This document shows positions 52,622 to 64,000 of a stretch of 64,000 nt of DNA, piece by piece. The DNA lies in the NCBI GenBank assembly GCA_013416795.1, contig RQSC01000026.1:512330-576329 (forward strand), in the 5' to 3' direction. The stretch's first letter is position 1; each line of letters starts with the position of its first letter. Below the pieces are notes generated by a model, which saw nothing but the letters and a program-made list of their open reading frames with translations, did no database searches and had not been told where the DNA came from. The translations under genes and the position numbers were made by a program. Source of the stretch: Prasinococcaceae sp. CCMP 1430 (taxonomy: Eukaryota; Plantae; Prasinodermophyta).

Positions 52622-52849
52622 TCAATCGGGTCTGTTTGTTTGTCGCGACTGTACGATGCTTTCGAGGAGTGCGCCAGGCGTGCGGCGCCACACCGCGCGC
52701 GCGGCGCGGCGCCAGTGTGCCGCCCCGTCCCACCTCACCGCCTGCCGAGCACACGCTGTAGGGAAGAGCAGGCCCGCGCTGCGCGTTGACTGGCCGCCGC
52801 CAAGTGCAGCGGCGGGGTCGTTGCGGGCAAAAGCGGCGAGCCATACTGC
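52622..52849 (-). CDS. Possible last exon of a small unidentified gene
   Basis: Exon after CCCCTTACGCAG reading VWLAAFARNDPAAALGGG...WRRAARAVWRRTPGALLESIVQSRQTNRPD*, followed by AT-richer UTR-like sequence. Confidence 0.25.
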   Translation of the reverse strand, partial: AVWLAAFARNDPAAALGGGQSTRSAGLLFPTACARQAVRWDGAAHWRRAARAVWRRTPGALLESIVQSRQTNRPD

Positions 52850-53418
52850 GTAAGGGGGGCAAGATGCGCGCGGCAACGGAGTGTGCGCTGCAAACACTCT
52901 GTATCGCGCGCCAAGTGCAAACAACGCTGTCAACGTGTGCGCAGCAACGTGTGCGCAGGCGTGCCACTCGTAGCCCGTGGCCCGTGCTGCGTGCGGCGGC
53001 GATACAAGGATGGTTTGCCGACCTCGAGAATTAGCAGTACGATGCAGCATGTTTGCGGGCACAGTACCCGGCACACGCACGCCGCGGTGTCGGTGACGGC
53101 GGCTTGCGGGCGCGTGTCGGCCACACCGTGCGCAACAAGCGCGTGCTGCTTGGACCGCCGCCCCCGCCAGCCCCCGCCCCGTAACGATGGGCCGTGCAGC
53201 CCCTCGCCCGGCACGCGCGCGCTGTGGCGCGCAGAAGCGCCGGCCCACACACCCCATCCAAGATCCCACGCACGCGGCGAGAACACGTGCACACAAGCAC
53301 GGACAGAGTGGTGACTGCGTGCCGCACACGGCAGTTAGGGGTAGGGTTGAGCTCTGCAGGGGTGGCAGTTTTGGTTTAGGATTGAGGTATTAGGGTTTAA
53401 TGTTTTGTTGTTTTTCTG

Positions 53419-54097
53419 CTACAGCTCCTGCTTGGCCGCTTGCTCCTTCGCCTTCTTCTCCGCTTTCTCCTTGCTCGCTCTGGCCTTGGCCTCCTTGGCC
53501 TTGGCAGCAGCAACCTCGGGGTCCTCGTAGAAGATCGCCCGGCCGCAGTGCTCCCCGGCATCGCACGGCCCGAGGCACTGACACTCGCCCGTCGAGGCCT
53601 GCGAGAGCATGTATATGTGGTCGAGGCTCTCCACCGTCCAGCCCGACCTCTTCAGGTTGCTGACCTTGCAGCTCAGGCCTTCGCATGCCCCGCCTGGCGT
53701 GTGCAGGACGCACTTGCACTGCGAGCCTTCTGCGCTGCCGCCCGCCGCCGCGACGGAGGTTCCCTCGTGCAAACTGTCGGCGCGCGGCCGCAGCGTGTGT
53801 GGGGAGGGGGTGGGGGTGGGGGGAGAAGAGGGGAGGGCCGTCAGTCGCTGCAGGGCACACCGCAGGATTCGATGCCGCGCGCCGGCGCACGCACCCGTTG
53901 AACCACACCGTGCATTTTTGCTCCGAGCACGCGCTGCTGCTGCCCGCGCCCGTGCCCACCCCTGTCCCCGCTCCTGTCCCGGCATCGGCAGCGGCCGTGC
54001 CGGCGAGGCCCGCGGACGCGACCGCCACCGCCACTATCGCCGCCGCGATCGCGCCTGTCGAAGCAACAGCCACCCCCCGCGCGCGCCCGCGCGTCAT
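53419..54097 (-). CDS. Small secreted Cys-rich protein with Lys/Ala/Glu-rich tail, 2 exons (intron 53894-53774), 185 aa
   Basis: Hydrophobic signal-like N-terminus; CSEQKCTVWFNG|LHEG...CKCVLH...CEGLSCK...GWTVESLDHIY...CQCLGPC..GEHCG; phase-2 GT-AG intron joins the frames correctly. Confidence 0.65.
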
Positions 54098-54803
54098 CGC
54101 CGCGCCCCCGCGCGAGCGCGTCCAAGGCGCACTCGCGCGAGGCCAGGCCAGCTGATTATTCCCCTTCCCCCCTTCCCCTCCCCCTCCCAAGCCTCCCCTC
54201 CTCGCCCGTCCCCCCTCGCGCCCGATCGGCGCGCGAGCGGTGTGTGGCGCGGCGACCGCACCTGTCTGCTGCGCGGGTCGGCAGACGGAGCTTCGCCACG
54301 CATCATCTCAATCAATCCCTGTTCCCCCCCCCCCTCGATCGACACACACACGCCCCGCCGCGACCCCTCGGGGTCGATCGTCGCCTCCGAACCCGTCATC
54401 GGATCCAAAACTCCGCGCGCCGCCGCCGCCGCCCCCGCCGGCCGGGGCCGGGGCCGGCGGCNNNNNNNNNNNNNNNNNNNNNNNNNNNNNNNNNNNNNNN
54501 NNNNNNNNNNNNNNNNNNNNNNNNNNNNNNNNNNNNNNNNNNNNNNNNNNNNNNNNNNNNNNNNNNNNNNNNNNNNNNNNNNNNNNNNNNNNNNNNNNNN
54601 NNNNNNNNNNNNNNNNNNNNNNNNNNNNNNNNNNNNNNNNNNNNNNNNNNNNNNNNNNNNNNNNNNNNNNNNNNNNNNNNNNNNNNNNNNNNNNNNNNNN
54701 NNNNNNNNNNNNNNNNNNNNNNNNNNNNNNNNNNNNNNNNNNNNNNNNNNNNNNNNNNNNNNNNNNNNNNNNNNNNNNNNNNNNNNNNNNNNNNNNNNNN
54801 NNN

Positions 54804-56180
54804 CGGGCGCGCACGGCGGCGATGGCCGCGACGGCGCCCGCGGCGGACGAGGCCGCCGGCGCGCGCTACGCGCTGCCGTCGTACCGGCTGTCGGAGCTGA
54901 GCGAGGAGGAGGTCGCCAAGCTGCTGCAGCGCCCGCGCATCGACTTCACCTCCATCTTCGGCCGCGTGCAGCCCATCGTCGACGACGTGGGCGCGCGCGG
55001 CGACGCGGCCGTGGCGGACTACACGTCCAAGTTCGACGGCGTCGACCTCGACGCGGTGTGCGTCCCCGTGTCGTCGCTGCCCGAGCCCGAGCTCGAGCCC
55101 ACCATCAAAGCCGCCTTCGACGTGGCCTTCAGCAACATCAAGGCCTTCCACGAGGCGCAGAAGACCGAGATGCCCACCGTCGAGACCATGCCGGGCGTGC
55201 GCTGCGGCCGCGTGAGCCGCGCGATCGACCGCGTCGGCCTGTACGTGCCCGGCGGCACGGCGGTGCTGCCCTCGACCGCGCTCATGCTCGCGGTGCCGGC
55301 GATGATTGCGGGCTGCGAGACCGTCGTGCTGGCCACGCCCCCGCGCAAGGACGGCACCGTCTGCCCTGAGGTGGTGTACTGCGCGAAGAAAGCCGGCGTG
55401 ACGCACGTGCTCAAGGCCGGCGGCGCGCAGGCGGTCGCCGCGATGTCGTGGGGCACGGAGACGTGCCCCAAGGTGGACAAGGTGTTCGGCCCGGGGAACC
55501 AGTACGTCACGGCCGCCAAGATGATTCTGCAGAACTCGGAGGCCACCATCTCCATCGACATGCCTGCGGGCCCCAGCGAGGTGCTCGTCATCGCCGACGG
55601 CGAGGCCGACCTCAGCTTCGTCGCCGCCGACCTGCTCTCGCAGGCCGAGCACGGACCGGACTCGCAGGTGGTGCTGTGTGCGGTGGGCATGGACGTGGGG
55701 GCGCTTGAGGCTGAGGTCGCCCGCCAGGCCGATGCGCTGCCGCGCGCAGACATCACCGCCAAGGCGCTCGGCCACTCGTACGTGGTCGAGTGCGACACGA
55801 TGGAGGATGCCGTCGCCTTCTCCAACCGCTACGCGCCGGAGCACCTCATCGTCAACGTGGTGGACGCGGACAAGTACACCGACTCGTTCACAAACGCGGG
55901 CAGCATCTTCGTCGGGCAGTGGACGCCCGAGAGCGTGGGCGACTACGCGAGCGGCACCAACCACGTGTTGCCCACGTACGGGTACGCGCGCATGTACGGC
56001 GGCGTCTCGCTCGACGCGTTCGTCAAGAAGATCACGGTGCAGAGCCTGTCCGCGGAGGGCATTGTCAACCTTGGGCCGCACGTTGAGGCGATGGCTGCTG
56101 TGGAGGGTCTGGATGCACACAAGAACGCGGTGACGCTGCGCTTGGCCAAGGCGCGGGAGGAGGTCGCCAGCGAGCAATAG
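54804..56180 (+). CDS. hisD: Histidinol dehydrogenase (5' end in N gap)
   Basis: [92 protein letters not shown]. Confidence 0.95.
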   Translation, partial: RARTAAMAATAPAADEAAGARYALPSYRLSELSEEEVAKLLQRPRIDFTSIFGRVQPIVDDVGARGDAAVADYTSKFDGVDLDAVCVPVSSLPEPELEPTIKAAFDVAFSNIKAFHEAQKTEMPTVETMPGVRCGRVSRAIDRVGLYVPGGTAVLPSTALMLAVPAMIAGCETVVLATPPRKDGTVCPEVVYCAKKAGVTHVLKAGGAQAVAAMSWGTETCPKVDKVFGPGNQYVTAAKMILQNSEATISIDMPAGPSEVLVIADGEADLSFVAADLLSQAEHGPDSQVVLCAVGMDVGALEAEVARQADALPRADITAKALGHSYVVECDTMEDAVAFSNRYAPEHLIVNVVDADKYTDSFTNAGSIFVGQWTPESVGDYASGTNHVLPTYGYARMYGGVSLDAFVKKITVQSLSAEGIVNLGPHVEAMAAVEGLDAHKNAVTLRLAKAREEVASEQ

Positions 56181-56384
56181 CGAGGTCGCCTGCAAGCAAC
56201 GGTTTTGTACACCCAGTAAACTTTTGATAGCCTAGCATGGCAGCGTTCTTGACACCTCTCGCTGTACACTCGAGGCTGCGCGCGCGCGGCAGCGAGCACC
56301 GCACACGTGTCTCGCTCAACCCACGTCGCTGCAGTGGATGAGTGTGTGATTCTGGTGTGTTTCTTACAAAATCTCCGCGACGTG

Positions 56385-58061
56385 TCAGTAGTTCGAGTGA
56401 ATCGCGTGACGGGCCTTCCCGTGCCCCAGCATGGGTGCCTCCACGTCTTCCGTTTCCCCGTCGTCTTCCAGCACGAAGGTGTTATCCGCCATACCGCTTG
56501 CCACATGCGACGTCACCGCATCGCCACCCGCAGAGCCCGCACTCTTGCTGAGCTCGCCGCGCTCGTATCTTTCGAGCTTCCAACGCGAGAAGCACGCCAC
56601 GCCAAAAATGACCACCACCAATCCCAGGACGTTCACGGGCGTGAGCTCGTCGCCGTACACGCCCATCGACACCATTATGGTGAAGACCTGCGGGACGAGT
56701 GGAAACATGCACGTGGCAGAACATGAGTGGGGACGTCAGGATGCGCTCGGGCTCTCGGCCAGACCATGCCAGCGCGCCTGTGCGCGCTGGGCCGCGCGAC
56801 CGCACGCACCTCTTTGCACACGCCCGCGACGGTGACGGTCACCGCCGACGTGTCGCATACCAGCTTGAACTCGGCCGAGGTCATGATGAAAGCGAGCACG
56901 GCTCCCACACCAACGAGCAGCAGTGTCTCCACGAAGTTGCTCATGCTCGAAGTGTACCAGCTGCCCCCGAAAGCCGACCAGGGTCGCTCGATCACGATGC
57001 TCGCAACGAGGACCGTGACCGCCATCACTGGCATGAGCATCACCAGCGAAGCCAGAGGCGTCGTGATACCCAGGTCCTGCCTCGCCACCATCTTCTGCAT
57101 GAGCACCCATCGCGCGCCGCTCATCGCGCTCGCACTCATGACCAGCACGAAGCCGCCTGGACGGCGATTTTGCGGGCGCGTGCACGAGGTCAGCACGGGC
57201 GCAACGGGCGCGAGCCATCCCACGCCGCGAGCGCATCGCCTGGGCAGCGCGCACGCAGCGCGGGGGTGCGCGCGCGCGGCAGCGCATCGCACCGAGGTGG
57301 AACTGCGTCTCGCCGGCGACTGTCAGCACCACGCCCAGGCAGATCGTCGCGATGATGCCGGCAAGCGCCCAGTTTGGCTTCTCAACGCGCGCGAGAAAGG
57401 CGAAGAGCAGCAGAAACGCCGGCGAGGAGCTCTTGCACATCGTATAGAAGCTCACGGTGATGTACACGAGCGCAAGGTTCGAGGCGCCGATGTCTATGCC
57501 GGTGCACACGCCCGTCGGCGCCACGCCGGACAGGAACTCCTCCCAGCCCAGCTCGCGATGCGGGCGCTGGCCGGCGCACGCGGTCAGGCGCAGCACACCG
57601 GCGGCCAAGAGATACTGGTACAGAAACTGCAGCGCCGTCATCAGCAGCGGAGCGGGGAACGCGCCTCGATGCGAGCCGACCAACCCGCGGTTGAAGATGC
57701 TCAGCGCCGCGCTGCACGCAAACCACACGGCCGCGACGAGCACGTTCCTCGAGACGGTGAACGCCAGTGCCTTTCGCGATCTGCCACCGCCCTGCGCGAA
57801 TGCCGCCTTCGAACCCCCGAAATCTGCCCCTCCATGCCGCCCGAGCGCCCTGCGCGCCACGCGCTGCCTGCGCCAGCGCTGCAGCCTGAGCGCTACCGCT
57901 CGCAGCCGCGAGAAGCGCTTGCGAGCGACGAAGCGCCGCGCGAAGCGCTGCAGCGTCACGGCGGCCTCGCGCTCGCGCGCGGCGGCCGCCGCGGCGGCAT
58001 CGTTGCTCGCGTGTGGCGACAGCGACGATTCCTGCGGCGGCTGGCCGTCTGCGACGGCCAT
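56385..58061 (-). CDS. SLC35C2-like / triose-phosphate-transporter-family membrane transporter with N-terminal IQ-like motifs, 3 exons
   Basis: LSIFNRGL...FPAPLLMTALQF, VAPTGVCTGIDIGASNLAL.YITVSFYTMCKSSSP.F.LLFAFL..VEK, SGARWVLMQ, AFIMTSAEF.LV..TSAVTVTVAGVCKE, VFTI...GDELTPVN.LG. Confidence 0.85.
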
Positions 58062-59452
58062 GGCCACTGTGGCACGGACAAGTGAGTGTGCGCGACCACG
58101 CTGCCAAGCCGACACCACATACGCCCCGGCAGCAGCAACCGAGCGCGAGACATGAGAGAAGATGCGATAACGCAGGGTCCACTCTTTCAAAAATGATAAT
58201 CAATGAGTATCAAAATTCTGCGGACTGTTGAGGTTTTGTGTCGCAACCATAAATCGCGCCCACGTCAAATCCAGTCGGTGGAGGGCCACCCCGCTTGCTT
58301 GGCGCACACACCAACCCGTCCGGTCTTGTAGCACCAGGCGCGCGTGCGAGTTCGTTTGCTCCCGCGCCCAGCACGCGTGCGCGCCCATCGCCGCCCAAAG
58401 CGGCTCATGCAGAGCCCAGGGAGCGCAGGGAGGCGCCAACGTGCCAAAACAACGGCGCAAGGACCTTTCACCCAGCTGGCACGGACAATTGTCGGGCTCG
58501 CGCGCTTCAGGATCGCGGACCAGTGCAGAGCGCCGTGGAGCATTCGGCGCGCATGCGGTGAGCCAGCGAAGGCGAGCAGCGGACAGTTCGAGGAACTTGG
58601 GGAGCCGTCCGCCCATCGCACGCCCACTTCCCGCACGTCCAGTACCCGCAAGCCCTACGTCTCATACAAGGAGACGCGGCTGGCACTCACAGCGAGTGTA
58701 CATCGAGCATAGACATTATCACAAGCGCAGCAGCGTGCGGCGCGTCGCCTTTACTCCCAAGCGATACATTCCCTTCACGGCGAGAAGAACAGTGGCGGGC
58801 CTCGGGCCGTGTCAGCTCACTATTCACATGAGCTAGGCCAGCCAAGCGCGGCACACAGGACACGCCGCGTCCGTTGCGTCTGCTGACAGCACAACCGGTG
58901 CGCCATCGGACCGCGCGCGAGCAGGCTACCCACAACCGCGCTGTGGCAATCGCGCTCAGGCAGCGTCGGCCGCCAGGCACCCGCCCGTCGACGCGTTGTA
59001 GCATCGCCTACGCGCCGAGGACGTTGCTGCGTCCGCTCCGCGCGCCATCCCGCGCTGACTGAAGGTCGACAAAGTAGTGACGCGCTCAGTCATGCAAACT
59101 CGCGCGGCGGAGCCTCTTCCAGACTCTGTCCTCGGCGCCCCTCGCATGTCCGCCGCAGCGCCTCGCCAGAGCATCGGCACTGCTCTACGATTTTCGTTTT
59201 TTTTTTTTTTTGCGCACGTTCGCGCGCGCGCGTCGAGACCCGCGCGGGCGCCTCTCCCCGCGCGCGCAGCCCAGCCCACTCCCCACCACGCGCGCGCGCC
59301 CTGCAGTACTCAACCCTCCGTCCTGAGTCACGCCCATCCACTCATCGGCGTGCGCGCGCGGCGTGCGCGGCGCGCGGCGCGCCAGTCGCACCTTGAGGTC
59401 CGTGTCGGCGCGCGCGCGCGCGATGCCCTAGTGTTGCGCCCCACCCGAAAAA

Positions 59453-59833
59453 TTAATCGCCCTTCCTGCGGAACGAGCAGCCCTCAGTAAGGCGCGCGCG
59501 GCCGCCGGTCGGCTGGCACAGCACCGCGTTGCAGCTGCCGCAGAGCACCACGGTCTGCGAGTGCGAGAACACCGTGGTACTGCAGGTGTCGCGCGGCGCG
59601 GGCGTGTCAGCGCAGCCCTCCCGCGCGCGGCGCTCGGCGCCAAAAAAAAAAAAAAGGACAGCCGCCGGCTCTCTCGCGGCGCCGCGCGCCGCGACGCACA
59701 TGTTGAAGCAGCCCTGGCACTTGACGTCCATGAAGAACGAGTTGGGCGACTGCACGAGGCGCTTGAGCTTGTGCTTCGACTTCTCGAGCTCGGCGGGCGG
59801 GTTGAGCAGGTCGATGTCCGACTGGAGCGGCAT
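59453..59833 (-). CDS. RPS27: 40S ribosomal protein S27 (intron 59699-59581)
   Basis: [45 protein letters not shown]|[41 protein letters not shown]. Confidence 0.97.
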   Translation of the reverse strand: MPLQSDIDLLNPPAELEKSKHKLKRLVQSPNSFFMDVKCQGCFNMCVAARGAAREPAAVLFFFFGAERRAREGCADTPAPRDTCSTTVFSHSQTVVLCGSCNAVLCQPTGGRARLTEGCSFRRKGD

Positions 59834-60608
59834 GGTGTCTGCAGGGAGGCGGGGCGGTGCGCGCGCTGTGGCGCGGCCCCGAGCGCGCGCGCCTGTCCGA
59901 GCGCATGCGCTTTGATGTAGCCGCCGCGCAGCAGCCGCCCGCGCGCGCGATCGCGCCGGCCAGCGGCAATGCGTTCTGATACCGCCCGCCGGCTGACCTC
60001 GCTTTCGCATGCGCTCCCGCGGGGGCGGCACAGCACATACGCGCGCATGCGAGAGCGCGCGCGCACGCGCATGCGTTCCATTGAATCCGCTTTCGCCATC
60101 AAACGTAATGGCGGGCACGGGGGGTGGGGGCGGGGAGTTTTTCGGCGCGGCGTTCCGCGGATTCGCACCGAGGACGCGCGCGGCAAACGCACAAAAACGG
60201 TGCATCCGCGGGTGCAGAGCGTTGGCGGAGGCGACGGAGACGCACCGACGAAATAGGCATCCGCGGGAACGAGGATACGCGCAGCGATCTGTTTTTTTTT
60301 TTTCCTTGTCCAGCTGGGCGCTCGCCGCGGGACCCGGCAAATGAAAGGGTCCCGGGTGACATGCAATTGAGTTCAAAAGGCGCGCGCGTATAATTGGGGT
60401 TTTCCTCGGCGCGCGGCGACCGCTGAACACAAATTCAGATCAAAATCGAGATGATCGAGGGTGCAGCGGGGGATGGAGGTTTGGGTTTGAGCGGTCAACT
60501 GCAACTGGCGTCGGCGTCGGGCGCGGCCGTGCGGCGGCCAGCGGGCGCAGCGTGACAGAGAGCGCGCCGCCGACGCGCGCCCCTCGCCCCTCCAGCAGGC
60601 GGCGAGCG

Positions 60609-62247
60609 ATGTTCTGCGCGATATCGGGCGCGGCGCCCGAGGACGCGGTGATCAGCACCAAGAGCGGCCACCTCTTCGAGCGCCGCCTCGTGGAGAAGTA
60701 CATCGCGGTGCGCAGCGCGCGGCGCCGCGCGGGCGGGCGCGCCCGGCGCACGGTGGCAACCCTAACGAACAGCACTGCGTGCGCCCCATGTCTGCGCGCG
60801 CGCGCTCGCGCGCGCGCCGCGGGCGACGTGCCCTGGTATCTGACGCCCGCACGCGCGTGCGTCGACCGTGCAGGAGCACGGCAAGTGCCCGGTGACACAG
60901 CAGGAGCTCACTGCGGATGATCTCCTGGCGGTGAAGACGAACCGCGCCGTCGCGCCGCGCCCGGCGGCGGCGGCGTCTTTCCCGGGGCTGCTGCGCTGCC
61001 TCGCGAGCGAATGGGATGGGATAATGGTGGAGGCCTACGAGCTGCGCCAGCAGCTCGATACGGCGAGGCAAGAGCTGAGCCACGCGCTGTACCAGCACGA
61101 CGCCGCGTGCCGCGTCATCGCACGCCTGACCAAGGAGCGCGACGAGGCACGCGCGGCCGCCGCGAGCAGCTCCGTGGCGGTCAAGCGCGCCGCCGAGGAG
61201 GACGGCGCGCCCGCAGCGAAGCGCGCAAAGACCGGTGGGCGCCTTGAGGCGCTCATGGCGGCCATCCAGGCCAAGGCCGCCGAGCTGCAGGGATGGCGCA
61301 AGAAGCGCGAGCTGCCGGAGGGCACGCCAGCTGCTGACGCATTTGCTGGGTACGATGCGGAGAAGTCCAAACCGCTGCACAAGACGACAACACCGGGCGT
61401 GCGCTGCCTCGACTGCGGCGCCAGCGCCGAGGGCGCGCAGCTGTCGCTGTCGGGCGGTGAGGACGGCCAGGCTGTGCTGCTAGACGTGGGGGCAGGCAAG
61501 ATCGCGGGGACCCTCAAGGGGCACAAGGGGGCGGTGACGGCCGCGAGATTAGTTGGTGGGGGGGATCAGGTGCTGACGGGCGGTGCGGACGGCACCGTGC
61601 GGCTGTGGAGTGCAAAGGGTGGGAAATGGGCGCAGGTGGCCTCCGCCGACGCGCACGAGGGCGGCGTGACTGCGATCAGCGTGCACCCGACGGGCGAGGC
61701 GTTCCTGACTGCAGGTGCAGATGGCACGTGGGCTCTTTTCGACCTGGCGTCGATGGAAGAGCAGCTGAGGGCGAAGTGCAGCGCGGTCGTCACCTCTGCG
61801 GTGTTCCATCCCGATGGCCTGCTTGTCCTGGCGGGCTGTGCCGACGGCAAGCTGCGCATGGTCGACCTCAAGTCGCAGGGGGAGGCGGCCGCGATCGACG
61901 CGCACGGCGGCGCAGTGGTGTGTGTGTCGGCGAGCGAAAACGGGTACCACGTGGCGACAGCGGGGCCGGAGGGCGTCAGGGTGTGGGACCTGCGCAAGCT
62001 GAAGCAACTCGCGTCGCTGGACGTGGGCGGCGCGGGCTCGAGCGTGGCCTTCGACCCTTCAGGCCTCTTCCTGGCTGCCGCGGGAGCCGGCGCGCTCAAG
62101 GTATTCGGCGCCAAGCAAAAGTGGGCGACGCTCAAGGAGTGGGCCGCCGAGGGCGGCGTGTCGGCATGCGCCTTCGGCCCGGCTGCTTCCTTCGTGGCGT
62201 CGGGCTCGGCCGGCGAGCGGCACGTGCGCACGCGCTCGGCCGCATAG
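60609..62247 (+). CDS. PRP19: Pre-mRNA processing factor 19 (U-box + coiled coil + WD40), intron ~60708-60871
   Basis: MFCAISGAAPEDAVISTKSGHLFERRLVEKYI|EHGKCPVT, EWDGIMVEAYELRQQLDTARQELSHALYQHDAACRVIARL, WD40 repeats. Confidence 0.95.
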
Positions 62248-62725
62248 GCGCTTGTAGCGCGCTGCTGCGCCAGGTAACCACCGGCAAGTGTGACAGCGTG
62301 ACACCCACCCACCCCTGCGTTGCGCGCCCTGCGGGTGCGGTATCGACTTGCGCGCCTTTCTGCCGGCGTGGTGTCTTGGTCTCGACGTGCGCCGCCGTCG
62401 CGTCTGAAATTCGAGTCGGGCCGGAGAACCTGCGGATTAGATTTCAAACGGGAATCGGCGCGCAATGCCGCGGCGCGATTGCGGCAGAAAGCATCACCAT
62501 ATATCGGCCCGTGCGCACGCGCGGGTCGGCATTTTTACGCTCCGTCGAATCTACTGTGCGCGCGCGCGCGCGCGCGCGAGCGCAGGAGACATGCGCAGGC
62601 GCCACACTGCGCCCGTGCCGGGGTGGCGTGCGGACAGCGCGCGAGGCTTGCAGGCGGGATTCGGGTGCGAGAGTGCGCCGCACGCCGTCTCGCTCGAGCC
62701 CGGGGGCCCGAGCGGCGTGCGCGCC

Positions 62726-63901
62726 ATGGGCGGCGGCGGCGAGGCGGAGATCCCGCAGGACCCGCTGCTGGTGCTGCGGAGCAAGATCTCCCTCGCGGCG
62801 CTGTGCGGTGACGCGGCCCGGGCCCGGGCGCTCGCGGCGGAGATCACGGCAGAGTGCGAGGCAGGGGCGCGGGCGGGGGTGTACGAACGTGCGACGCGTG
62901 AGCTCGGGCTGGACGCCGATGCGGCGCTCATCGCGCGCATGCGTGCTGCCAATACCGCCAAGCTCGCAGAGATGGACGCGAAGATTGCCGACGCTGAGGA
63001 GAACCTGGGCGACTCCGAGGTGCGCGAGGCGCTGCTCGCCAAGGCGGAGTACCTTCTGGGCGTAAATGGTGGTGGCGAGGAGGCCGAGAAGGCGCTCAAG
63101 GCGTGCGCGGATAAAACGGTGGCTGTGGGCCACAAGATCGATATGGAGCTGTCTTGCATCCGCGCAGCGTACTTCGCACTCGACATAGAGGGTGCCAAGG
63201 AGCACATCGAGCTGGCGAAGAAGTTGTTCGCCGAGGGTGGCGGCGACTGGGAGCGCAAGAACCGCCTGAAGGTGTATGAGGGTCTCTTCCTGCTCATGGC
63301 CAGGAAATTCGACAAGTCCGCGGACCTCTTGCTGGACTCAATAGCCACCTTCACATCCACAGAGCTGCTCCCGTACGAGACGTTCGTCTCGTATACGATC
63401 ATCACCGCCATCTTCACCCTTGAGCGCATGCGTCTCAAGAAGAAGGTCGTCGACGCCCCCGAGGTGCTCGCTGTGAGCTCCAAGATCCCCAATGTGGCGC
63501 AGATGCTCAACGCGTTCTACGAGTGCAGGTATTGCGACTTCATGGTGGCGTTCGCGGCGGTCATTGACGAGGTCAAGCTCGACCCTTACCTCAGCAGGCA
63601 CAGCAGGTACTTCGTGCGAGAGGCGCGCGTGGCTGTGTATTCGCAGTACCTCGCCAGCTACCAGAGCGTGACCGTGACTTCGATGGCGAGCGCATTCGGC
63701 GTGTCGACCGAGTTCCTGGACGGCGAGCTGAGCAGCTTCATTGCGGCTGGGCGCCTGTCGGCGAAGATAGACAAGGTCGCGGGCATTATCACGACTAGTC
63801 GCGCGGACATCAAGACGGGCAACTTCAACAAGGTGATCAAGGAGGGCGACGCGCTACTCAATGACGTCGCGAAGCTGAGGGCCATGACCAGCGCGGACTG
63901 A
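62726..63901 (+). CDS. RPN7: 26S proteasome lid subunit RPN7/PSMD6
   Basis: DAEENLGDSEVREALLAKAEY, GGDWERKNRLKVYEG, DSIATFTSTEL, YVREARV..YSQYLASY.SVT...MA.AFGVS..F.D.EL, KIDKVAG. Confidence 0.95.
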   Translation: MGGGGEAEIPQDPLLVLRSKISLAALCGDAARARALAAEITAECEAGARAGVYERATRELGLDADAALIARMRAANTAKLAEMDAKIADAEENLGDSEVREALLAKAEYLLGVNGGGEEAEKALKACADKTVAVGHKIDMELSCIRAAYFALDIEGAKEHIELAKKLFAEGGGDWERKNRLKVYEGLFLLMARKFDKSADLLLDSIATFTSTELLPYETFVSYTIITAIFTLERMRLKKKVVDAPEVLAVSSKIPNVAQMLNAFYECRYCDFMVAFAAVIDEVKLDPYLSRHSRYFVREARVAVYSQYLASYQSVTVTSMASAFGVSTEFLDGELSSFIAAGRLSAKIDKVAGIITTSRADIKTGNFNKVIKEGDALLNDVAKLRAMTSAD

Positions 63902-63912
63902 CCGCTGGTCAC

Positions 63913-63917
63913 TGTAA
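63913..63917 (+). promoter_or_regulatory. TGTAA green-algal polyadenylation signal candidate
   Basis: TGTAA 11 nt after the RPN7 stop; UGUAA is the established chlorophyte poly(A) signal. Confidence 0.5.
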
Positions 63918-64000
63918 ATACTGTGATCCTGTCTGGTGGTGGTAGTCTTACGTAGTGTACAACGATGCAGTCGTTCCTACCCCTTGCTGCTGGGCTCCCC

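Noticed and set aside
1-64000. Numerous long Arg/Ala/Gly/Pro-rich ORFs antisense to or overlapping real genes, and ORFs running through N gaps
   Set aside because: These are expected shadow frames of very high GC3 coding DNA, which has few stop codons; X-spanning ORFs are artefacts.

Overview
Gene-dense, very GC-rich nuclear DNA from a eukaryote. It is most likely a green alga (inference from plastid-type ClpC/D, SufS, fibrillin, HisD, PurC and YidD genes, short GT-AG introns with GCTGAC/CTAAC branch sites, and a CEP135/BLD10-like centriole gene). About 30 protein-coding genes or fragments are recognisable, mostly housekeeping: ALG1, MTR4, FolC, TIMELESS, PurC, Aladin, galactokinase, ClpC/D, SufS, SCAI, HisD, RPS27, PRP19, RPN7. 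The assembly has six N gaps (502-635, 12337-12571, 22317-22330, 44540-45067, 51645-52466, 54462-54803) and two single Ns (9830, 11282). In the first ~12 kb several genes stop abruptly against unrelated sequence, so that part may be chimeric. The standout signal is a minus-strand tRNA-Pro(AGG) gene at 4949-5127 that only becomes a canonical 72-nt cloverleaf after removing FOUR introns (9/10, 21/22, 32/33, 37/38). Three of them have archaeal-type bulge-helix-bulge geometry, and the anticodon sits on a 5-nt micro-exon. Other notable items: a linker-histone H1-FKBP fusion, an apparent head-to-head CDS overlap between SufS and SCAI, an HNWD-like hypervariable WD40 array, an IQ-motif/SLC35 fusion, an A-T-ankyrin NRPS-like fragment, and a 13-nt gap between tandem YidD and YqaJ genes. 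All calls come from motif recognition by eye; no searches were run.
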